NCBI GenBank assembly: GCA_013265495.1
Contig: MU058844.1
Span: 8,369,260-8,433,259, forward strand
Reading direction: 5' to 3'
Length of the DNA stretch: 64,000 nucleotides
Source of the DNA: Vicugna vicugna
Lineage: Eukaryota
The notes below the pieces were generated by a model. That model was given only the letters and a program-made list of their open reading frames with translations. It had not been told where the DNA came from and searched no databases. A program made the translations under genes and the position numbers. Below, piece after piece: positions 50,338 through 63,230 of the stretch. How positions within the stretch are numbered: the first letter of the stretch is position 1; every line of letters starts with the position of its first letter.

Positions 50338-52405
50338 TTAAAGCCTATGGGACCCTATCAAAACTCCAGTGGCATTTTTCATAGAATGACAACAAATAAT
50401 TCTAAAATTTGTATTAAAACACAAAAGTCCTTGAATAACCAAAACAATTTTGAGAAAGAACAAGATTGGAATATCATGCTCCCTGATTTCAAATACTACA
50501 CAGCTATGGTAATCAAAACAATACAGTATTGGTACAAAAACAGACACACAAATCAATGGAACAGAACAGAGAGCCCAGAAATGAACCCACACTATGGGCA
50601 ATTAATCTACGACAAAGGATGCAAGAATATACAATGGGGAAAAGACAGCCTCTTCAATAAATGGTGCTGGGCAAACTGGACAGCTATATACAAAAGAATC
50701 AACGTGGACTACCCTCTAATACCGTGCATAAAAATAAATTCAAAATGGATTAAAATTTAAATGTAAAACCTGAAACCATAAAAATTCTGGAGGAAAACAT
50801 AGGAATTAAGCTCTTTGACATCGGTCTCAGTAATATTTTTTTGGATATGTCTCCTCAGGCAAAGGAAACAAAAGCAAAAATAAACACATGGGACTACATC
50901 AAACTAAAAGGCTTTGCACAGCATAGGAAACTATCAACAAAATGAAAAGATCACCTACTGAATGGGAGAAGATATTTGCACAATATATACAATAAAAGGT
51001 TAATATCCAAAATTCAGGAAGAACTCATACAATTCAACATCAAACACACACACACAACCCCATAAACAACCCAATCAAAAATGGGCAGAGCATCTGAAGA
51101 GACATTTTTCCAAAGAGGACATTTTCATGGGCAAAAGATGATCAACACCACCAGTCATCAGGGAAATGCAAATCAAGACCACAGTGAGGTATCATCTCAC
51201 ACTGTCAGAGTGGCTATCATCAAAAAGAACACAAATGACAAATAATGGTGAGGATGTGGAAAAAAGAGAGCCCTTGTGCATTGCTGGTAGGAACATAAAT
51301 TGGTGCAGACACTATGGAAAACAGAGATCCCTTAAAAAATTAAAAATAGAACTACCATATGATCCAGTAATTCCACTCTTCAGTATATGAAGGAACTAAA
51401 AACACTAATTCAAAAATATAAATGCACTCCTATGATCACTGTAGCATTATTTACAAAAACCAAGATATGGAAGCAATCTACGTGTCTTTTGAGAGATAAA
51501 TGAATAAGAAGATGTGACATGTATATACATATAATATATATAATAGAATATCATTCAGCCATAAAAAAGAATGAAACCTTGCCATTTGTGACAATGTGGA
51601 TGGACCTTGAGAGATTTGTGCTAAGTGAAATAAGTCAGATAGAGAAAGACAAACATCATATGATTTTACTTACATGCAGAATCTAAAAAGCAAGACCAAT
51701 GAACAAACATAACTAAAGACATACAAATTCATAGATACAGACAACAAACAGATGATTGTCAGAGGGGAGGAAAGAAACAGGCGAAGAGACTAAGAGTTAC
51801 AAAATTCTGACTGCAAAATAAGTTATGGGTAGGAAATATACAGTGTGGGGAATATAGTCAATAACTATGTAATATCTTTGTCTCATAACAGATCTAACTA
51901 GAGTTACTAGTGTTATCATGGTGATCATCTTGAAATGGATAGAAATATGAAATCACTGTGCTGCGAAACAGGAACTAACATAGTGTTGTAAATGAATTAT
52001 ACTTCAAACAAACAAACTCATAGAAAAAGAGATCAGATTTGTGGTGTCCCTGAGGGGGGGATTTAGGGAGAGCAAACTGGATGAAGGCAGTCAAAAGGTA
52101 CAAACTTCTAGTTATAAGATAAATAAGCACTAAGGATGTAATGTAAAACATTGATAAAAATAACTAACACTGCTGTATGTTACATATGAAAGTTTTTAAG
52201 ATAGTAAATCTTAAAAGTCTTTATCACAGGGAAAAATACATTTTTTCTATTTTTTTAATTTTGTATATATATGAGTTGATGGATGTTCATTAAACTTATT
52301 ATGCCAATCATTCCATGATGTAAGTCAGATCATTATGCCATAAACCTTAAATGTGTACAGTGCTGTATGTCAATTACATTTCAATAAAACTAGAAGGAAA
52401 AAAAT
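50338..52405 (+). mobile_element. L1 (L1MA-like) ORF2 3' part and 3'UTR
   Basis: ORFs 50347-50760 ([36 protein letters not shown]) and 51166-51390 (MQIKTT.RYHLT) are L1 ORF2p remnants with stops and frameshifts. Confidence 0.93.
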
Positions 52406-52441
52406 AAAGCACATGGGAATTTTCTATATATTTATATGTGT

Positions 52442-52481
<40 letters not shown>

Positions 52482-52915
52482 ATGAAATACTGTTCAGCCA
52501 TAAAAAAGAATGAAATTTTTCCACTTGAAACAGCATGGATATATTTGGAAGGTATTATGCTTAGTGGATAGGTCAGACAGAGAAAGAGAAAAACTGTATG
52601 TTATCACTTATATATGGAATCTAAAAAATAAAACAAATCAGTGAATATACCAAAAAAGAAATGTATTCAGAGATTTAGAGAACAAGCTAGTGGATACCAG
52701 TGGGGAGAGGAAAAGAAATAGGGATAGTGGTAGGGTATTAAGAATACAAACTACTATGTATAAAGCAAATAAGCTATAAGGATATACAGTATAGGAAATA
52801 AAGCCAATATTTTATAATAATATAAATGGAGTGTCACCTTTAAAAATTGTGAATCACTACTTTGTACACTTGAAAGATAATATGTAAATCAACTATACCT
52901 CAATAAAAAAAATTA
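52406..52915 (+). mobile_element. Second L1 3'-end copy containing a (TA)n run at about 52447-52476
   Basis: Repeats the ttcagccataaaaaagaatgaaa motif and ends aatcaactatacctcaataaaaaa. Confidence 0.8.
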
Positions 52916-53589
52916 AACATATGTATAAAAATAAAGCAGTCAATTTAGCTCATAGCCATCCAGGGCTGGGGTCGGGGCGGGGGATGACTCATGCCTTATG
53001 ACAAAGACTGGAATAACCGTGCATGTTAAAGAGGGCAATAACAATAAGTATACTACTAATACTACTACTAATTATTATGCACAGTAAATAGAAACACAGA
53101 TTAAAGAACAATGTTCAGATGCAGGTAGTATGGAGGTTTTTTTGTATAAATCTCTGCATTTATATCTACTGGTACAGAATAATCATTGTCAGAAATTATC
53201 CTAGAATAAATATTAATCTTAAAATAATAGATTATGTCAGCAAGTAAAATTACGGTGAAATTTATCCACTGAACATAAAGTAATGTTCTTTATTCAATAA
53301 TCAAACCTACTTTTAAACACAGACAATTCCTCAGATTTTGAATGGGGACACTAACAATTCATTCATAAGTTGTCTGATTAGAACTTAGAATACATTTTGT
53401 ATTTTTCCTATGAAATCAATGTTATAAACATGGTTAAGTTCCCATTTCTCTCCCTCTAGGGCATTTAAAAACACAAATATTGCTTTTATATTACGCATTA
53501 TGTGCCAGGAATTACGGGCTTTACATTGAGAATGACAACCATCTACATCAGTATAAAAGAGCTATGAGGTCTAAGAACTGAGACCACCT

Positions 53590-54040
53590 GTGTTAACATG
53601 ATTTATTTGTTTGTTACACGAAAACTTTGCCCAAGGAAGATAAGACTGTAAACCAATAAATAACTTCATTGTTTGTTTCAGGAAGTTCCAATATATTAAT
53701 TTATCTCAGGCAAACAATCTGTTCACCTTGCCAAAGTGTTCTCTTATCAAGCAATAGTTTACTTATCAAGACTTGCTTCAAGACCCTCACCTCACTGTAG
53801 ATACTAACCACAAAGCTTATGTCACAAACTTTTCCAACTCCCAGTCTGTTCTTCATCTTAAAAAAGTGAACTTAAACTAGAGCCCAGACTTTCAAATCCT
53901 ATAAATATACTCCACTGACTTCCCCCTTCAGAGACTGTCACAACTGTCAAGGCGAAGTCCTCTATTACTGCAGAGAATTCCAATAAACTAAGTTTTGCTT
54001 TATTAACAGGGTGCCTGGAGATATTTTGGGGGAATTCAAC
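53590..54040 (+). mobile_element. ERV1-type solo LTR
   Basis: tgtt...tcaaca ends, TATA (ctataaata, about 53899) and caataaa (about 53981). Confidence 0.6.
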
Positions 54041-54309
54041 AACATATATTTATTCCTTTAATCTTCATAACAACCGTATGAGTTAACTCTGTTCTTACGT
54101 TATTTTTACAGTGAGAAAACTGAGGCACACTGAACAGTTAAGTGACAGACAAGGACACAAAACAACTCATGTGAATCTAAACTATGGTACTAATACTACT
54201 GAGTTCTTCTTCCTCCAAGTCTGTTAATTTGAAGATCCCTTACAGAATCCTGCGCCCTGACCCTCCCAGCCCTGTAGAGTAGTTACAGTACTGACTAGTG
54301 TAATTAGTA

Positions 54310-54445
54310 ATTTTACTGACTTCCTCACTGGACTGTGAATTCTGAGGCAGGGACATATCTCTTGTTTGTCTCCATAGTGCCAGTGCCTATCTAGCATAAT
54401 CTCTGACACATGGTAGGCAGTCAATAAATGTTTACAAAATAAATA
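54310..54445 (+). mobile_element. L2 3' end
   Basis: gactgtgaattctgaggcagggac...cctatctagcataa...gtaggcagtcaataaatgttt. Confidence 0.75.
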
Positions 54446-55987
54446 TCAAATAAAACCCTACTTTACAAACGAGGTCCTGAGGTATTAAGTGTCTTGCTTT
54501 AACTCACCCAGAAAGTAACTGTCAGAAATGGTGCCCCTGCCAATGCACCACATTCTTCAGCTCAACTGTAAATGAGTTATCACAGAGCAGTTTTTATGAG
54601 ATGAGAGTCTACAAACATTGCAGTGGGGATTTATCTACCAAAATACTACATTTCTTTGCCTTTTGCTGAGATGTTATCATCTCAGTGTGATCATACAGGT
54701 CATTTCATGTTGATTAGATGCTGGGATCTCACATTTTTCTCTGATTAATAAAAACTGGAAAGCCGTTAATTGGTAAACTCAATTTCTGACAGTGTTTTAA
54801 AACATTCGGAAGTGACTATAAAATAGTCTCCTTGGTTAAAACAGTTGTAATGCACTTCCCTACATTAAACAGAGCTTTACACATATAAGGTTCTTTTCTT
54901 TCTTTATTATAATGGGAAAAGAATGTTATACAACTATTTGGGCTTCAGAAAAAAATGTGTAAAATTTTATATAGAAATTGAAATGATAAAAGGAAAGAAA
55001 GTAGGCTAGAAAGGTTTTCTGCTCCTTCTGAGATAGCTACTCATAGAGCAAACAATATGAGGAAATAAAAGAGAATAAAATAAGCAACCTAAAGAGACAC
55101 ATCAAACAAATGAAAATGGGTGAACCTGTTTTCATTCTGAATTGAACAAACTGATATAAAAGAAATTTTGAGCCAATCACGGAAATGTGAATGAGGACAG
55201 GTAACAGATTATTATGGAAAAAAATCCTTAACTTAGAAATATATACTAAAGTATTTATGTGAAATAACAAACTGCCTGAGACTTGCTTTAGAATTCTCTG
55301 GGGAAGATGGGTGTGGTGGCAAGGGTGTGTGTGTGTGCCTGCTCGTGTGTGCACAGATGAAACAACACGGGTGAATGCTGATCATTAGTGAAGTTGGTAT
55401 GTGTATGTGGGGATTCATTATATTCTATGCTCCATTTCTGGACAAGTCAGAAAATTTCAGAATAAAAAGCTTTGTACTAGCTCTTCAAAGCAGCTGATCA
55501 TTCACTTGCATACTGGCTGCAAACTCAGTATCACAACCTAAAGCAAAGAACTATTCTCATCTGTAGATAGACTATGAAATTTAAGAAAGAAGTTACTTTT
55601 TCTTCTGGAAGAATTTTACACAGTCTCTGAACATCAAGGAAGCTTTTTCCCAGCTGTCCATCTCTTCCATGTGTATTAGAAACCTCAACTTTTTTAATAA
55701 TGAAAGGAACCTTTACCACACTGGGCAGAGGCTGGCCTTGTCTTATTCACTCTTGCTTTTCTTAAACTGGTCTTTTAAAGAGCAAAAAGCAATTCCAGTA
55801 AGTGCCAACACATCCTTCATTTTAGTAAGATAAATAGCCTCAAGAATCTTTGAAGTGAATATCTCAACTTTAAGGTGCATATTCCTTTAAGGACATGGAA
55901 TATTTCCTCGCGTTAATTTAGACTAAAAGGCAGTATAAAATATGCTTTATATTAAGCCCTTTTTATGTCTATCCTGGCTCCTGGGCA

Positions 55988-55993
55988 TTTATT
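55988..55993 (-). terminator. Candidate METTL25 polyadenylation signal AATAAA
   Basis: First canonical AATAAA I found on the minus strand after the stop codon, about 445 nt downstream. Variant hexamers lie closer, so actual usage is unknown. Confidence 0.35.
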
Positions 55994-56438
55994 TAAGTGC
56001 GAATTTTTCCCCCCTGATAACATGGTAAATTCTTCCAAAATGTGGAAGAAAATGTAAATGATCTTCAGACCCAACTGGTTCTACTATACGTACACCTATA
56101 CCTTTTATCTGTTTTTAACTCAGTAAAACAGTTAGCAAATATCATGGGTCTCAGATATCGAACAGGAAACAAGATGCAGATTACCATGGATGTACTAACT
56201 TAGGAATGTAGGTCAGTCCTTTTACAATATTTTCATGAGTTCTTATTTCATTAATGTATGCTTTGACAATGGAAAAATGGATTAAGGCATTCTGTTGTTA
56301 GCTGTTATTTTATCGTCTATTTAAAATACTTAGAAATGTTTTTCAAATACTTATATAACATGGCATTAATGTTTAAAAAAGCAAAATTAGCAATAGGTTC
56401 CACAAACAGACACATCTATTACCTTGCTTCAACTGAAA

Positions 56439-56531
56439 TCACTGCTGCTTCTTCAGCGCAATAATAGCATAACACCTGGGAGATTTCACAGGATCAAACA
56501 ACTTCACAAGCGCAGACCATGCAATATCATC
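56439..56531 (-). CDS. METTL25: METTL25 last coding exon, DDIAWSALVKLFDPVKSPRCYAIIALKKQQ*
   Basis: Acceptor cctctttgcag|GATGATATT; TGA stop at 56439-56441; contains the LFDPxxSPR motif typical of the METTL25-family C-terminus. Confidence 0.95.
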   Translation of the reverse strand, partial: DDIAWSALVKLFDPVKSPRCYAIIALKKQQ

Positions 56532-58030
56532 CTGCAAAGAGGTAACTGATTTAAATAGACAGCTATTTGTTGAGGATAAAAATGAAAGATGTCAGACCAT
56601 ATACTGGAATACAAAAACCATGTAAAAACACAAATTATATAAAAGAAATTTTTTTCTGTCAAATAAAATTAACATTTAGAATTTCACCTTTGGGAATTTA
56701 TGCTGAGGAAATAAAGATTTACATGGAGAGTGAACCACGAGGCCACTCTTTGCTGCAACTGTGAAAAATGGAAAGTGGCTAGTAACAACTGGGTATTACT
56801 TAAGTAAATTGTTGTATGATGAAACGTTATTCAGCTTCTGTAGCACATTTAATGAGATGGAAAAATTCTATATAAAACAAATAAATTAGATGCAACACTG
56901 CACCTAACTAAAGTAGAAATAAATGCTCAAACATATACATGCAACATACATACATTAGAAGCGCTAGAAAACACAAATAACAGCTAATGCTGAAGGGTGA
57001 GATTATCATTACTTTTAGTTTTCTTTTTTCATGTTCTTCAAATTTTCTAACATAAATGTTACTTTTATAATAGTAAAATGCTATTTAAACTATTAAGAAA
57101 ACTAAAAATTATATAATCTCTATCACTTCATTATCAATCTTTTAATCTTGGTGCACACCATTTTGCCTATTTTACTGAGGTCACTGGCAATTGTTTTCAA
57201 AAGGGAAATGAGGAGTAAAATGGGCCTGATTCTGTCAACCACCAACTTGGGAACCAAAACTTTCCAGTGATTTTGAGTTAGCAGCTTAGGAAAGTACATT
57301 AGTATCTAAATATTTAAAAATTGCCTTTCTCTACAAAAACACCATTTATTAAAAATCCACTTGTTTCAAGTAGCCTGTTGAAAAGAAGCTCCCCATATGA
57401 TAAAACAAAATTATTAAAATAAAGAGTTTATAGTGGAAACATAAAGCTGAATCCACAAATGCACTTTTTTTAAACAGTTCAAAAACTTTATTTTGATCAC
57501 AGCTTAGAGTAGAATCTGAAAAACTCATTTTCCCCAAAGATAATCAAAAGTCCAACTTTTTTGGTCATTCAACACAGATATAACAAATAAGACTGCAAAA
57601 AAAGCAGCAATTTTCATTGATCAGAAAGAAATTTCTATACTGCAGAGTGCATATGTCCCAAAATTCAAAAGTGAATTAAAAGGTAATTTTTACAAAATAA
57701 AATATATGAATGATACCTTTTATGTCTGGCCTTATTAATTTTAGCTATACAGTATGTCACAAATGATGGTTTGACTTCAGTGCCTACTATACAGTAATTA
57801 CCATACAATTAAAAGAATGTAAACTTTATTATAGCAGCTTTGCTGAAAACATCTGTTGTACATATGTTTTTGTTTCAAGAGATGGAAAGGATGTTTAAAC
57901 TTGGAAAATATAATGAGAAAAATTACCTTACTAGTTCTACGTGAAATTAAGTTATCCTAGTTATAAGTGGATCCATATTACTGGATCTAATAAAGATATT
58001 TGTGATGCATTTAAAATTAACATAATTTAC

Positions 58031-58102
58031 CTGCTCTTTCAGGTAGCAAAGTCGATCCAGAAGAATCAGTGTCTCTATACAAGGAGCAAGAACAACTTTC
58101 AA
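58031..58102 (-). CDS. METTL25: METTL25 penultimate coding exon, LKVVLAPCIETLILLDRLCYLKEQ
   Basis: Minus strand reads ttctttcttttag|TTGAAAGTT...GAGCAG|gtaaat. It is 72 nt, phase 0/0, and contains the LAPxxETLILLDRLxYLxEQ motif of the METTL25/RRNAD1 family. Confidence 0.95.
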
Positions 58103-58654
58103 CTAAAAGAAAGAATAAAATAGGATGGTGGTACTTCAAAATAAACAAAAATACTAGCATAACACTTGTGTTTAAGAAAATGTACCTACAGAAACTTGTG
58201 TTAAGGTCAAATCTCCAATACCCAATGTACATCTTCAGAAAATGAATACTTCAGAGATCAAAAGTTGTTCTTTAATAGTAATAGGAAACTAATGTCCTTT
58301 GAGTGACTTTGGGGTAGACTCCAAAAGCAATCATACATATGTGATAGAAAGCTTTTAAAGGGGTACTAAGAATGAAATTCATTAAAAGGAATGCTTGTGA
58401 AATAACTGAGACCAATATGTGTTCAAAGAACTCTAAAACTTCTTTCCGTAAATTTATAATACACTTTAAGAGAAATCTACCATGTGTTCTCTTTATTACA
58501 TTACTGACACCTAATATAGTTCTGAAATAGGAAATGATTCAAAACGGTTTTTCTACAAACAACATAGATTGGTTGGTCCTGTTATAAAATTTAATAGGAT
58601 CCTATTCAAGTCTAGCAACATATTTAGTTTAATATGTTTAATTCTGAGATTTAC

Positions 58655-58729
58655 CATATTAAAAGCCTCCAGCTCATTCATTCTAGGCTTATACTTCTCG
58701 TAGTAGTCCATTATAGTTTTTTCTGGCAG
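58655..58729 (-). CDS. METTL25: METTL25 (C12orf26) antepenultimate coding exon, LPEKTIMDYYEKYKPRMNELEAFNM
   Basis: Minus strand reads ttatcttaaag|CTGCCAGAA...AATATG|gtaaat. It is 75 nt, phase 0/0. The peptide matches the METTL25 C-terminus as I recall it and splices in frame to the next two exons. Confidence 0.93.
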
Positions 58730-60744
58730 CTTTAAGATAAAACAACAATAATAAATAAACTTAACAACAGTGAAAAAATATTTCTTTCTTTATCAAACAT
58801 ACTCTAAAGTAAAATAAACATAATAATTTAAAACAATCTTAGGTGTCTGAAGAGGTCTAAGGATATTCAGGAAGGAGTCAATATAACTAAATTCTTTCAT
58901 TTAAATCTTCTGCATCTATATAGATTATTCAGCATAGCATAAATAAAATCACCAATAACATTCTATTAATTTTGTTTGATTTCAACAAGTAGTGATGAAA
59001 TATTTACTTTTTCACTTGTTTCTTTGTTTGGGGTACATAGTATGAGCTCAATAAACATCTTGAGTAAAATTAAAGTTTAAAACAATTAATCTAAAACTAT
59101 ATATCCTAGAGAATAATTCAAAGGCAACAGGAACACAATAAGGACACATAGTCATAGTTAATTTCCTCTAACATCCACTTAAATCCATCAACAAGCACCG
59201 CTTTCTTTTTTTTTTTCTTCTTCTCTAAAACACAATACCCATAATACGCTGAACTCTTGTGGTTAGAAGGCCACCTTCTAGATCACTTACATGATTCTGT
59301 TCCCACCAGTTGAGATTTATTCTTACTGAGTTGATTGTATTTGCTCCTCAGGACATGCTACTTTAGAGAACTACATTCTGCTGGTTTTGTCAGTGATCTA
59401 TATATAACCCTGGGCAATTTCTCCTGGCATCTTTCTGCATCCCTCGTTTCCTTCACTGTACTTAATAATACACATGGTTTGAGATTTAACATGCATTCTG
59501 ATTTTGTCAAAGAAGGAGTTTGTGTTTCTGTTTCTCATTCTATTTGTTGCTTTAGTGTGACTTTGAAGAAAAAAAGGTGAGAAACTCATTTTCACTTTCC
59601 TATTTTAAAAAATGGAAGTCCTTTTCTTCACTTTGAACCAAAGCTGGATACTGTAGACTACTCATTATAGGTATGTTTGATGAAAAGAAGTTAAGGTAGT
59701 TTACTCCAAATAGTAAATCTATATACAAAGCTGTGTACAAAACCAAAACAAAACAAATGGCCTTGTTCTTATACCAAAAGTTCAGTGGATAAAATTATAT
59801 TAATGTTTCTAAGTGAAAAACTCAGTATTTAAGGTATGATTTCATGCTTTAATTAACATTTTCAATCAAATGCTCAACTACCAGCCTCATAAGATTAGAT
59901 GAGAGATTCTATGGAAATTTTATGAAGACATTATCTTACTTAATTTTAACATCACTCTGTAACACATATATTCATGGTCTCATTTTATAGATGACATTAT
60001 TGAGTGTCAAATCCAGTAAAAGCCTAGAAAGGGCAAGCACCTGATGAAGGCATCAGAACTGAGGTGCTACTCGGGTAGAACATACTCAGGCAAGGACAAA
60101 AAAGCAAACTTACAAACTGAAGTACGCACTGACTGGCAGCTGGGAGTATAAGTCATGAATTCCATTGCTCCCTGCTGCCCATCTCCTAGACTGCAGAAAA
60201 AGGGATTAATAGTAGTTACTCTGTGTAATTGGGCCCTAGCTCAGTGGGCTATGGTTTAGGTTCAGGGAGACACCCAGTTCTAAAGAGAACCTGGGTAAGA
60301 CACAGTATATGAACAGTCATGTTAAGGTGCTTTAGATTTTATTCCCCCTACTTTCCTTACAATTGTTTTGACTGATTTTAACTCCAGTATAGCCTATGTG
60401 TTAGACAGTATATGTCCTACAACTCAACACATTTCAAATGCTTGACCAACTTCATCCAGTCTGCAAAAGTTTCAAGAGTCACAGTTCGGGGGATAAGCAT
60501 TTCTTTAACGCTTCAGTGAGATTCATCATTCCTTGAATTTCTTCTGCCTTTACTTCAAACCTCAATTCTCCAATCTGTTTGAGAAGTGCATTTATTTTAT
60601 CTGGTGGCAAGCGCAGATTCTTCTCTTTAGTTCTTCCTTGTTGGCCTATTTGACGACTGCTAGTTTTAGAAAAACGCTAAACAAGCATTCTTCTTGTGCT
60701 CAATGTCTGTTAATAAGTTATACAAATATGATAAAAAAAGGAGC

Positions 60745-60960
60745 ATGGAATCTAGAGTAAGACAGACTGCACTGGAATCCTCCCTCCCCAATTTCCCAGA
60801 CTTTGGCTTTAAGAAATCTACTTATTCGACTTCTTTACCTATAAATTGAGGATAACAGTACTCATTTCATAAAGTCATCCTTAGTATTCAGTGAGCTAAT
60901 ATAATCAAAAATTTTAGCACAATGTTTGCCACAAAGCAAAGTTAAATAAATATTAGCTTT
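60745..60960 (+). mobile_element. MIR SINE
   Basis: agagtaagacagactg...ctataaattgaggataacagtac...ttagcacaatg. Confidence 0.6.
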
Positions 60961-60969
60961 TCTCATATT

Positions 60970-61600
60970 ATTTTTAAAAATAAACATCTCAGAACAGTTT
61001 TAGATTTACAGAAATTTTGAAGATAGTAGTTTAGATATTCCCTACAGCCAGTTTCCCTTATAATAGAGTTATCTGTTATAGTGAATCAATACCGATATAC
61101 TAGTATTAATCAAAGTCTACATTTCATTCAGCTCTCCATAGATCTATCCAATGTCCTTTTTCAGCTCCAGGATCCCATCCAGGATACCACATTGCATTTA
61201 GTCCTATTGGTTGTGACAGTTTCTCAGACTTGCCCTGTTGTTGATGGTCTCGATGGTTTTGAGGGGTACTGGTCAGGCATTTAGTGGAATGTTCCTTCAC
61301 TAGTGTTTCCCAGATGTTTTCCTCATCATTAGACTCGGGCTATGGGTTTTGAGAGGAAGATTACAAAAGCACAGTGCCATGTTCCTCATGAGATAGTGTT
61401 TGTCAGGTTTCTTCACTGTAAATTTCCACTTTTTCCCCCTTTCCACACTACACGCTTTGGAAGAAAGTCACTATGTGCAGCACACACTTGACTGGGGAGT
61501 TATACTCCATCATCTTGAGGGTGCAGTATCTAAACAGAATATTTGGAATTCTTTTTCATGAAAGATTTGTCTCTTCTCCTCTGTTTATTTATTAAAATTG
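60970..61600 (-). mobile_element. Old L1 (L1MC-like) 3' end
   Basis: agaacagttttagatttacagaa...ccaggatcccatccaggataccacattgcattta. Confidence 0.8.
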
Positions 61601-61827
61601 TCTTTTTATAGATCTATACAAGGGGGTCCAGATAAGGAAGGGTGGACCACACTTCGTGGGGAATGCGTTGGATAAATGGATGAAAGACACACAGTTGTTC
61701 AGAGATCCTCCTCACATCCTACCTGATCATAAGATAGGTTAGCAATTGATCATGTTTTCACCACTAGATGTTGGGACTGAGGCTGTTATACACCCTTTGG
61801 CTAGAACTCAAGGTAGGGGGATGTGAT

Positions 61828-63230
61828 GCCAAATTGTGAGTGCAAGGGAAAAATTCTTGAAGGAAATTAAAAGTGCTACTCCAGTGAACACACAAATGAT
61901 ACAAAAATGAAACAGCCCTATTGCCAATATGGAGATTTTAGTGGTCTATATAGAAGATCAAACCAGCCACAAAATTCCCTTAAGTCAAAGCCTAATCCAG
62001 ATCAGGGATCTAACTTTCTTCAATTCTACGAAGTTTGAGAGAGGTGAAGAAGCTGCAGAAGAGAAGTCTGAATCTAGCAGAGGTGGGTTCATGAGGTTTA
62101 GGGAAAGAAACAATTGCTATAATATAAAAGTGCAAGGTGAACAGCAAGTGCTGACACACAATCTACAGCACGTTCTCCGGAAGATCTAGTTAAGATCATT
62201 AATGAAGGAGGCTCCACTTAAACAACAGACTTTCAATGTAGAACAAAATGCCTTATAATGGAAAAAGATGCCATTTAGGACTTTCATAACTAGAGAGAAG
62301 TCAATACCTGGCTTCAAAGCTTCAAAAGATAGGCTAATTTTCTCATCAGTTAGGAGCTAATACAGCTCATGACTTTAAGTTGAAGCCAGCCTCATTTACC
62401 ATTCCCCAAATCCTAGGGCCCTCAAGATTTACACTAAATCTGCTCTGCCTGTGCTCTACAAATGGAACAACAAAAGCCTGGATGACAGCATATCTGTTTA
62501 CAACATGGTTTACTGAGTATTTTAAGCCCACTGTTAAGACCTATGGCTCAGAAAAAAAAAGATTCTTTTTGAAGTATTATTGCTCATTGACAATGCACCT
62601 GGTCACTCAAGAACTCAGGAGCTATACAACAAGATTTGTGTTGTTTTCATGCTGCTAACACAACACCCATTCTGCAGCTCATGGGACAAGCAGCAATTTC
62701 GACTTTCAGGTCTTATTATAAAAAAATATATATATAAAGCTATAGTTGCCACAGATAGTAATTCTCTGATGGATCTGGGCAAAGTAAACTGAGAACATTC
62801 TTGAAAAGATTTACTATTCTAGATGTCATTAAGAATGTTCATGATTCATGGGAAGAGGTCAAAAATAACCTTAACAAGAGTTTGGAAGAAGCTGATTCCA
62901 GGCCTCACAGATACTTTGAGGGGTTCAAGACTTCAGCAGAGGAAGTAACTGCAGACGTGGTGGAAATAGCAAGAAAACTAGAACAAGAAGTGGAGTCTAA
63001 AGATGTGACGGAATTGCTGCGATCTCATGATAAAAGCTTTCCCAGATGTGGAGCTGCTTCTTATGGATGAGCAAAGAAAGTGATTTCTTGAGATCTACTC
63101 CTGGTGAAGATGCTGTGAAGACTCTTGAAATGAAAGCAAAGAATTTAGAATATTACATAAACTCCATTGATGGAGCAGCAGTATGGTTTGACAGGCTTGA
63201 CTCCGATTTTGAAAGTTCTGTGGGTGAAAT
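61828..63230 (+). mobile_element. Tigger1 (TcMar/pogo) transposase-region fragment, decayed
   Basis: ORF pieces [45 protein letters not shown] and [22 protein letters not shown] are Tigger1 transposase, with multiple frameshifts and stops. Confidence 0.93.

Noticed and set aside
50347..51390. ORFs with clear protein-like sequence
   Set aside because: They are L1 ORF2p remnants, not host genes.
55531..55719. 62-aa minus-strand ORF downstream of METTL25 with an internal GTAACT
   Set aside because: It lies after the stop codon, has no convincing acceptor and shows no recognisable homology.
58017..58232. 71-aa minus-strand ORF overlapping the METTL25 exon
   Set aside because: Wrong frame. The true exon is 58031-58102 in the LKVVLAP frame.
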